From positions 107,486 to 127,485 of the forward strand of contig LVLI01000346.1 in the NCBI GenBank assembly GCA_001687465.1: a stretch of DNA of 20,000 nt, in the 5' to 3' direction. Below, in pieces: positions 1 to 9,431 of the stretch (its first letter is position 1; the number at the start of each line of letters is the position of its first letter). The DNA is from Halocafeteria seosinensis (Eukaryota). The notes beneath the pieces are model-generated. The model had not been told where the DNA came from and did not search any database. It saw nothing but the letters and a program-made list of their open reading frames with translations. The position numbers were made by a program, and so were the translations under genes.

Positions 1-319
1 TCTTCCCTGACTCCTTTAGCCGAAAAGCCTTGACAGGTTTACGACACAAAGGTAAAAAGTAAAGAACGCAAAAGATTGCATTGGTCCATTCAGTGCGTGC
101 AATTGTACATATCATTACAATTCCCGGTTGAAGTTGCATCCTTCCATCATTCACCGCAAGTTGAACATTGCTTCACATGCTGGGAGGCTTGTGTGTATTC
201 AACTTGCTGGGATTTACCGAGAGTTTGTTCCCTTATATGCAACCAAATTGGAACCGGAGTTGGCGCTTATGCCCTTATTCAGTTTGTGTGAACGAGTTGT
301 TTTGGAATAAGTGGTAGCC

Positions 320-3300
320 ATGATTCATGTTCCTCTGAAGGCCACCAAACCTGTGCAGCTTCGGGAGCACTTGGAAAAGTATATCTCACGGAAATATGGC
401 CAAGTAAGGCTGTTTTCGAGATTTATACAGTTTCTCATGTTGATTTTATCCCAAATTCACTTGGATTTGCCCCAATCGAAACGCTGCAGGATGAAATCAA
501 ACGCCAGGAATCGTCCATCTCCCATATCTCTGCTCTCCGAGAGACCATTGAAGGTGCTACGGACTGTACCCAGAGGACTCACGAGGCTCTAGTGGAGTAA
601 GTGACTGTGTTTGTGAGAGCATATGACCTCGTTGCTGGAGCATTAACGTGATTCTACAATTTCGTTTGCTCGCAGATACTACTACCTCATTGATAAAGTG
701 CAAGAGAAACTACCTTCCTCCAGAACTGAAGTAAGGTTGACTCGATGCAAGTAGATAAATACGCTGTAACTATCGTTGTGTGTGCAGCTACCACTTTTTT
801 TTGCATGGTCCGATACGCTGATACCTAATTCTTTTGTGGGTACGTGAACTTAAGACACCGCGACAGGAACGAGGAAGAGACATGTTCGTCACAATCGTGC
901 AGGTCAATGGGACTGGATGTACGAGAAGGCGAATGTTTTATTTTGTATTGGGGCCTGGGAAACCGATCAGGCAGCTGAAATCGACCGTAATGTAGATGAT
1001 GGTGCGAAGAGAGCAGCAAAACACTACATGGTTAGTTAGTGGTGCTATAGGTGAAACTTCCTCGGTGTTTAAGTCACGGATGTCTAATATTGCGCAGAAT
1101 GCTGCAGCAGCTTTTCAGCACATTTATGATGTACTTTCCCAGAAACTGACCGGATCCACAACTGCCGATTTGGCTATCGAAAATCTACAGATGGTATGTG
1201 ATACAAACTATCCTGGATTATGTTCTCATGATCTTATGCAACCATAACGTTCAGCTGTCCTCGGTCATGTTGGCCCAAGCCCAAACTTGTTTCTTTGAGC
1301 GTGCCCATACTACCAAAACCAAGCCACAGCTCCAAGCAAAACTTGCTATGGATGCTTCAGAATGCTATGCGCGGGCCAAGAGCTCTATCACCGTAAGTAG
1401 TCTGGGCGAGCAGGTGGGTACGCGACTAGTAGCATTTGTTGGCCAATGTATACAGCCAAAAATGGGATCTGTCTTGGCCAAGACGTTCGACTGGACGGCA
1501 CATTTGGATTTTCAAGCACTCAGCTTTGAAGCTGCGGCGTGTTTTCAGCAAAGCAAAGCCTCCTTTGAGGAAGCCGAGCGGACTGGCTACCGCTTTGGCG
1601 ACGAAATAGCATTTCTCCAACGAGCTGAAGTACGTGAAGTCCTTCACTGCGGCTTGGGGTACATTTTACCTGGTGAAACCACCTGCAGAGGTTGTTGACC
1701 ACTGCCGTAGATATTGCGAGGAAGAAGAGCATACCACATTCAAGCGCAATGAAACTGCTAAACAGCGTTAGGAACCGAAAAACAGTATGTTTTGACTTAC
1801 TCAAGTGATTATTCCCACATAGTACCAATACAGTTTGGTTGAGCTCCAACTCTCAGCAAGCCGAAGAGGATAACGTCAGCATCTACATGAGTCCAGTACC
1901 GGAACTGGATGAACTTCCGGAAATTGGGAGTGTGCACATGGCTAAACCTGTAAGTCTCCGACGTTCTGATTGGGTTCAGAGTGGTATACACTCCTATTGC
2001 TGCTTGTACAGGGGGCTGTCCCAGCCGCCCCAGAAGATTTGCAGCAGGTGTTTGGGACTCTTGTTCCTACTGAAGTTGCCAATAGTCGGTAAGCGAAGCT
2101 ATTGTATGTGTGTGTAGTTATCATAAGTATACATTAAATATCGCAGTTCTGAGTTTGAACGGTGGCAAAATGATAAGGCTAGAGAGCTTCGTAGTGAAGC
2201 GGCGAACGAGTGCGAAACAACTAGAGGTGTTCTGGCTTCGCTTAATTTGCCTGGTGCACTTTCAGTAACGGAAACTTCAGAAGGAATACCGAAAGAGTTG
2301 CTGAATCGCATAGATATGGCACACACGAAAGGAGGCCTAGCGGAATTGCGAAGACTTCTTAAACTCAATCAGTCTTCATCGAAGAGAGTAAAGGAGCACT
2401 TGAGTGAGGTGAGTGCGCTCACACCACCTAATCGTTGGTCACTGATGTATCATGGTTAGCTCTCCATGTGCGGGCAGATACGATCCATGCTGAATGATGA
2501 AATAGAGGAGGATAAAAAATATCGAACTGATTACGGTGAACAATGGAATTGGTAAGCTAAGCTACTCCATTTGATGCCCTTAAGCTCCACTAACGTCTTT
2601 ATTGTGATGGTCAGCACTCCCGCGAAAGAGGTGTGCCAGTCGCAGTTCGAGAAGCTTCAACGTTTCGAGAAGGTTGCCGAGCAAGCGGCGGAAGCGGATC
2701 AAAAGGTTGCCCGTAAATTAGAGGATAACCAGAAAGATCTCGTATTTATTGACCAATCGAGGCAAGATTTGGAGAAGTTGGTCCCTGAGAGTGGGGAAAC
2801 CGAGAAATTATCTCCCCAGTGCCAGGAAGTGAGAGATGATCTTCGCCAACGGCTTGACTCCCTTCAAGAACTTATGAGCGAGAGGGATGAAATTGTCGAT
2901 AGGCATATAGTTTCCTCGTTGCCTCCTGAAAAAGTGGCGGAAATTTTTAGTAGAGCTGGTGCCTCGTCGAAGGATAAGACAATGGAAGTACGCGATTGCT
3001 TAATACCCGCTGATAGTGTGTCACTAAATTTCTGTATTGTCCTTCCTGTACAGCAATTGAAAAATCAAGTTCAAGAGGAAGAAGTCAAAGTAAGACATGA
3101 ATTTTTCGAAGAAATCCAAAAGCAAATGGAGTCCATACAAGTAAGAGCGTAATGTAATTGCTTGTTGTGTCCTCTGGTTCAGCCGAATTCACTGTGTGCA
3201 GTCATTATATGAGAGATTCAATGATTTGAAAAAGAATAGTCCTGCTGCAACTGGTAGATTGAACGCTTTGCAGCGTCTGGAAAATGCTGTAGACAAGTTC

Positions 3301-3756
3301 GAAGAAGCGAAATCCAACTTGCGAGAAGGCGAAGGGTTCTATTTGGATTTCTTGAAACGCTTGGACCAACTTCGTCGGGAAGTTGCTGACCTTGTTTCCG
3401 CACGCGACATTGAGAGGAGAGAGACCTTAATGAGTCTTAGAAACGAAAACTCAACTTCACAATCTGGAGGACTGTCGTATTCGTTTGCTCAAATGGATTT
3501 AGATGGCGGAGGGACCGCGGGTGCAACTGCTCCTCCAAGGGAGGAAGGCTATCCCCAAATGCCTACAAGTGGAAATGAAGGGCACAGCGGCTCAGCGTAC
3601 CAGCATCAAGACCACCAACAGAGCCAAGCCTATCACGAGCAGAACTACCATCCTCGCAATCCCTTCGCTGCTTCAGTATCTGCAAGTGGTCAGGAAGTTA
3701 CAAGCTCTGGTCAACAATTTCCTTACCAAACTGGAGGCAGGAGCCAGGCACCTTAA
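320..3756 (+). CDS. ALIX/Bro1/PalA-family protein (BRO1 domain + V domain + low-complexity tail), 16 exons, ~816 aa
   Basis: Manually spliced exons, all GT-AG and frame-consistent: 320-403, 490-596, 676-730, 788-839, 903-1030, 1098-1193, 1255-1392, 1456-1629, 1689-1784, 1857-1949, 2012-2088, 2147-2408, 2478-2551, 2615-2987, 3054-3140, 3202-3756. BRO1 motifs: IHVPLKAT, FAWSDTL, YEKANVLFCIGA, MLAQAQTCF, AEEDNVSIY..PVP, VFGTLVP. V-domain motifs: LASLNLPGAL, EEDKKYRTDYGEQW, NLREGEGFY...ARDIER. Confidence 0.93.
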
Positions 3757-4046
3757 GTTTAACCCGTAAAGTAAGGTCAAGTACAATAGTGCTCAAAAAC
3801 ACGCGGAATGGTACTTTCGCCAAAATGCTACTAACTCTCACACGTGATCTCGTTTTCCATGAGATTGCGTTTTTTGCACTTCTTCACAATCCTAACACCC
3901 AAATACCGTTGGCTCGCACTCCGTCGCACGTGATCCGACAGAGTGCAGCATTGACAAAAAACAAGATTTCCACGTGGTTTTTTCTTGTTATTTCTTTTGT
4001 CTCTCTCTCGTGTCATTCTGTGTTGGTGTGCATTGGAGCTGCGAGA

Positions 4047-6445
4047 ATGTCGACGGGCTCTTCGTCCTCAGCTTCTGTGACCTTGTCAGCTGCCAAAGCA
4101 GCTGTCGCTGGCGCTTCTGCGTGGCCAGGGCAGTTCCATACAGAAGGAAGGTATACTTCTACCGCGTATACTGGGCCGGACCCTGTACAGACGGAGGAGG
4201 ACACGTCGGCGCCTTCGATGTCGTCGCCTCAGTTATCTCAATTCGGGTTCGCCTCGCCCAGTTATTCACATGCAGGTTCTTCAGCAATGAACACACCCCC
4301 ACAGGAAGGCTCCAAAGCTGTAGCAGCGCATTATCCTTCCAGAGGTGGCGTACATGTGTCTCAGGACTCGCGGTCCTTTCGGACACCTCCGGCACCAGAT
4401 TCTCAACAGGGACCGAACGTCGTGCCGTCATACGAACAGAGAGGGCCAGACCACGGCATGTTTGGGGGCGCGCATGCTGGAAAATCCACCGCTTATAGTC
4501 AGTACGACAACTGGGACCAGGACCGCAACCAACAGGGGGCTGAAGATCTACCGCTAGATGAGTTACAGGAGGAGATGGCACGTTCGTTGGAAAGGTATGT
4601 TTCTCGGTGTTTTGATGCCGTTAGCAATCGTGTATCCGTCATTTGAACACTAACGTGCGCAGATTACACCAACTGGAAACTTTTTTCCTGCATAGTCAGC
4701 AAAGTGCACCAGCGCACCAGCAGAATTCTCAGGAGTTACTGGCTTCCCTCACGCACAGTTCCTGCGTACATCATGAAGTGGTGAGGCCCACGTGCGATAA
4801 AGATATATGGACGGATATTAAAGCATTTAAGCGTTCTCTTGAAGATAAACAAATACGATTAGCCCAAATAACGGACCTAACGATGAGGAAGATAGAACAC
4901 CTAGAGTCTCTCGTACATGGGCAGTATGGTCAAGGACTGGTATCACACGTTCGAACATTGATCGAGGATAAGACCAGAGTGAAACATCGACTTATAGCGG
5001 CTAGTACCCAAAACTCGGAGTTGTCTTCCAAGCTGACATATTACACGGAAAAAGCAAATGTGGACTCAGAAATGAATGAACGGTTGCAACCCTTGGAGAA
5101 GAAAATGCAGAACGTTTTGGAACAGCTCCGCACTGCACAGGAGGATCAAGAGGAGAAGTGGAGGACTCATTTCAGCAAACTTGAGGAAATGAGCAATAAT
5201 GACACCTTCAGGAAGAGTGTTGATGCTCTGCAAAATGGTATTGAGAGCAAACTGAATTCTACGATGGATGAGATTCAATCATTGGGGAAATCGCTGAATA
5301 AAGGGAGGACAGAGACTCCAGAGAAATTGCTGGAAACCAAAACGGAAATCGTTGATAAGGTCGGTGAAGTTTTGAGGCAGAACGAGGAAATCAAGGAAGA
5401 ATTGAAAACTATAACTTCCGGTGGCGGGTCTAACGCCACACCCAATTCCCATGTGGAATACGATACTTTGAAGGAAGCTACGGAGCAGCTAGAGAAGAAG
5501 CTTTCAGCGTTAGTGGACTCAAGACATGATGAAGAGAGTCGTATAGAGAACCGGATCCAGAAGGAATTCGAAACTCTCAAAGAAATGTTGAGTAATAAAA
5601 AGTCGAAAGAAAATATGCTAGAGACTGTGCAAAACGACCGGTGGAAGCTATCTCGACTGATCAATGCTGCTATGAGACTAGCGCTTTCACGCTTCGACGG
5701 CAATGTAGAGTTACCAGAAATTCCCGCACTGTCAGATGATCCCATTCAACTTCAAGAACGATTGCTTTTCAACACTGTGGTTGCTACGATGAACTCCATT
5801 TACAAGGACGTGGACGAAAAAGTCCTCAATGACACTCCTCCCTCCAGCCCTCAGCAAGTGGAGGGGCAACTGGAGAACTACAGTCAAAGGAGAAAAAAGC
5901 ATTCTCCATCTTATGGGAGGTCACAGGAAAATTCGTTCGCTGTACGCGAAAGACCGTCTCACGCAGCCCTTGAGAGGTCTCGGTCTACGAACTCTCAATC
6001 CGGTCACCAGGTGTCAGAGTGGCTGCGGGACATGCACTCCCATTTTCAACACAACAGAGCTGAAGTAGAGCCTTCAACGCGCTTGTCTGGGCACTCTCCT
6101 ACTTCGCAGAAATTAGACAGGTGGTTTTCTTCCCATGCACCTTGGTCAACGTCCAGTGCGTTACGGCGCACTCCGGAAAACAACGGAGGGGGGTCCCATA
6201 CCCAGTATGCTTCCCCTCATTCTCAAAGCTCTCAGGGCTGGTCTGTACACGACAGCAGTGCCGCAGTGGCCTTTGGAGAACAGCAAGCAGAACTAGATGC
6301 AACATCTGATGAAATTGAGCAGAAGGAGCAAGCTGTGCGAAATCAGCGTACGTTAGATTCCTATCGCACCAATGAAGCATCTTATAGTTCCCGCCCACTG
6401 TCTCCCAACATTTCGGGTATACTGAAGGGTGTGAATCCCCATTAG
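4047..6445 (+). CDS. Hypothetical coiled-coil protein with S/P/Q-rich disordered termini, 2 exons, ~776 aa
   Basis: Exons 4047-4594 and 4663-6445. The intron AG|GTATGT...CACTAAC...GCAG joins the two long ORFs in frame (phase 2). The central region is E/K/L/Q-rich with heptad-like character. No family recognised; the start is uncertain. Confidence 0.8.
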
Positions 6446-6780
6446 TCGTCCACACAATGTGCACTGAATAGTGTCACCACAAAGCAACGAGTCTGTAGTA
6501 ACTAACGTTGCAGAGAATACACAAATGCTTGTGCATGCTTCAAGTCCATTCTCCTGCACTATACTCATGGCAGTTACTCGCAAGGGCAAAGTTCGAAGGA
6601 AACCACCCTGAGTTAGCCCTTAGAGGAGTGAAAAACACGGGATCGCGGGCTTCCTGGTTCCAGATACTCCTGTGAAGTTGGCCGGTGGTCTTCGGATAGT
6701 CGCCAAGTGACTGCTGCTCTTGTTTGACGTTCCCATCTACGTAGTTCGAGACGCAAGTAGGTTTAGGGCGTACAGTGGAT

Positions 6781-8595
6781 ATGTCGAATATTCGACGGCT
6801 GGCCTGGCGTGTGTGGCATCCTTTCATTCATCGGCCACATGGGCAACTTCACAATGTCTATAAACCCAGTCATATGCTACAAGTGAGGTGTATGAGTTCC
6901 ACAGATGGTTCTACGATATCTGGGAAAGCATCTCCGACTGCGACGAAGGAGTTTGTCACTTCGAAATCGATGCCATCCACGCGCATGGCTCGAGGTGGAG
7001 GACTGCACATTTCCAGAGTGGGCTTTGGGAGCGATGATTATGGAGTGGATACCAGCGAAAGGTCTCAGCAGCTTGCTAAGGCTGTTCTTCGTCGAGGGGT
7101 AAATGTATTGCAGATCGATATCGATTCCCTCTTTGCGAGAAGACAGCCGACCTCACCTCTATATGAGACTAGCGAAGCGGCGTTGCACTGGGAGAAGCGT
7201 ACACTACAGAGATTGATATGTCCGAAGCAGACAAAGAAAGATACAGTACGTAGGGATCAGCTAGTGATCATTGGGAGAATAGGAGTTCTTGGGGCAAACC
7301 CCTACACCTCACCTTATGGTGTGGAGGTCGTTAACGACAGAGTGCAAGAGGCTCTCAACCTGTTGGGCCTGGAACAATTTGACTTGGTCTTGACGGACTT
7401 GCCGGTTCGTTCGCGGTACTCGGTAGAGTCTCTATCGAAGAGAGTACTACAGTGTCTTGAGGAATCCGTTGACAAAGGTCTGACCCAATACTACGGTATT
7501 GGAGCATCCCAGTTTACACCATTCGATGAGCATGAAGGGTGGGGAGATGCGATTCCGATCAGAACCATCTTTGCCGTAGCTGAAGACTATTCTGCTAAGC
7601 ATCATTTGGTGGCAATTGAATATGTGCAGTCAGTACTAGACGTCTCATCTATGCTACCTACAGCTATCGATGAGAACGAGGAGTCGTGGTCCCTCATGGA
7701 ACTGATTCGTTCTTACGGAATGACTCAGTTGCTTAGGTCTCCTTTAGACTGCCTCCACGAGGGTAAAGTGTTTCGCTGTGTCGATTCTGAGTCCCATGAT
7801 GATGTATCTGGACCCGATGTCTCTCATGAATTGGATGAGGCGGTGAATGTTGCGATACACCTTGAGCGAAAATTCGAGTTTGAGGTGTTGCCAGAATTGA
7901 GAAAAGAAAGCTCAGACAACACGGACCTTCGCAACATCGAAACCTCTGATTATAATTGGGCTCGTACCGTTGGTTTCAATTTACATCAGTTAGACTCTTT
8001 ATTGCAATGGAGGTTTATGTGGAACAGAAGGGTTAAGCCAGCTGTGAATAAACTTACAAAAATTAGTTCGGAGATGCACGAAGCCAGCCAATGGTCTCGT
8101 GCTTATCAGGGTGCTATGTTCCATATGAAACTTGCAATCGACAAGTACGTGGACAAACTGCATGCACATCGGGCACACGCTGTTTCCCAAGAATTCGAAA
8201 CACTTGATGGAAGATTCTACACCGTGCCGCAATTAGACTGGAGAGTCCTTCGACTCCTGCTGTCTTCTCCCGGGGACACCGTTCTAACTGAGGAAGCACA
8301 GACGTTCAACAAGGGTCTTAATCAGTATTTGCCACCGGCTAGCAATGCAGTGAAGTTTCAGAACGAATTGGGTAGTTTGGTTGAACGCATTCATGATAGA
8401 ATGTGGCCTGCCCAACGAGCATCCCAGCGTCCCACTTCCAGAACAAGAGAGTCAGGGAATTCTCATCCTGTTGCCGATAAGCTGTATCGAGAAGATAGCT
8501 ACAGTGAAGCTGGTTCTCATGCAGATAGAATGAGAAGAATCATTGACAAGAAGAAGCAGAAGAACCGTCACGACACTGGTGGCAGTGATGAATGA
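6781..8595 (+). CDS. Aldo-keto reductase fold protein with putative mitochondrial presequence and C-terminal helical extension, intronless, ~604 aa
   Basis: Single long ORF. AKR-like segments occur in the expected order: ISRVGFGS, RRGVNVLQ, RRDQLVIIGRIG, VQEALNLLGLEQFDLVL, LEESVDKGLTQYYGIGAS. The N-terminus is Arg-rich, free of acidic residues, and ends ...QVRCMSS. Confidence 0.72.
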   Translation: MSNIRRLAWRVWHPFIHRPHGQLHNVYKPSHMLQVRCMSSTDGSTISGKASPTATKEFVTSKSMPSTRMARGGGLHISRVGFGSDDYGVDTSERSQQLAKAVLRRGVNVLQIDIDSLFARRQPTSPLYETSEAALHWEKRTLQRLICPKQTKKDTVRRDQLVIIGRIGVLGANPYTSPYGVEVVNDRVQEALNLLGLEQFDLVLTDLPVRSRYSVESLSKRVLQCLEESVDKGLTQYYGIGASQFTPFDEHEGWGDAIPIRTIFAVAEDYSAKHHLVAIEYVQSVLDVSSMLPTAIDENEESWSLMELIRSYGMTQLLRSPLDCLHEGKVFRCVDSESHDDVSGPDVSHELDEAVNVAIHLERKFEFEVLPELRKESSDNTDLRNIETSDYNWARTVGFNLHQLDSLLQWRFMWNRRVKPAVNKLTKISSEMHEASQWSRAYQGAMFHMKLAIDKYVDKLHAHRAHAVSQEFETLDGRFYTVPQLDWRVLRLLLSSPGDTVLTEEAQTFNKGLNQYLPPASNAVKFQNELGSLVERIHDRMWPAQRASQRPTSRTRESGNSHPVADKLYREDSYSEAGSHADRMRRIIDKKKQKNRHDTGGSDE

Positions 8596-9260
8596 GATGG
8601 CGAAACGGACCGAAGGAGAAAGTGTTGACAGACCTATCCGTACATGACGCTCCTACCTCTTGCGGGGATTATGGGAAATTCTTGGACTAACGAAAGATGG
8701 CATCAGGGTGCCTCCAATGATCTCGCTTACATGGCAAGCGCATCAACACTACCGGTACAGTAGGGTGCNCAACCCATCAAGAAAGTAGCACCTCGCCAAT
8801 TAATCTACGGGCGCGTGCAGGGAATCTACTGTACTGTTTCATGATTGCACGCGATAGAGTACTTCTCAAGGTAGGAATTACTGAGAATCTGCGTTCCCGT
8901 CAGGCTAACAAACGTGGTACTACACGCGAGTGCCGGCATTGCCGCGCGTTGCACCCTTTATTCATATGCCACGCGTCCCAACCGGTAAAGTGGCCCACGA
9001 CCCGGTGTGTGTATGATAGGTCATCCTATCTATGCTTATATGCTTGGTTTGGTGTTTGCCCTCTCACTTGCGTCCCGTGGTTCACTGGTGCCAATGCACC
9101 GTGTCATTCCACTATAATAATTGCTGGACCATGGTAGCCTTAATAAACCCAGGACACTAACCGTATTCAATTCAGTGGCATAACTGTTACACTTCTGTCT
9201 GATCTCTTTAGAGACCGCTCTCCTGTTAGAGTCCCAGATTGCTGAACATTAAAACTCAGC

Positions 9261-9325
9261 AATTTCAAGTTCTCAAATTTCAAACAAAATTTCAAATTGA
9301 AGCCAACGTTTGAAATTCAAATTTC
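9261..9325. promoter_or_regulatory. Cluster of TTTGAA/TTCAAA (CHR-like) motifs upstream of the NSE3/MAGE gene
   Basis: TTCAAA at 9279-9284, 9291-9296 and 9316-9321, TTTGAA at 9309-9314, plus AATTTCAA at 9261-9268. The cluster lies ~110-170 nt before ATG 9432. Function is inferred. Confidence 0.4.
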
Positions 9326-9431
9326 TAAGAGGATGTCTCTCAAAGCTGCTCTTGTTACAAAAACCTTTTCCATGTGGTTTATAGAGTTTTGGAATACCAT
9401 ATAGAATAGGCCACCGCGAGTATTGCGCATA

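Noticed and set aside
320..3756. Non-standard genetic code or programmed frameshifting to explain the fragmented ORFs
   Set aside because: Canonical splicing restores all frames, and TAA, TAG and TGA all serve as terminal stops.
3789..4046. In-frame upstream extension of the coiled-coil gene with a hydrophobic, TM-like stretch
   Set aside because: It starts at GTG only 33 nt after the ALIX stop, and the hydrophobic run derives from a T/C-rich promoter or UTR tract. ATG 4047 is more plausible, although ATG 3825 cannot be excluded.
8756..8833. TA-CAGTAG...CTACTG-TA resembling a tiny pogo/Tc1-mariner MITE with a TA target duplication
   Set aside because: The inverted match is only 9 bp and does not extend inward. 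Several such matches are expected by chance in 20 kb, and multi-copy evidence would be needed.
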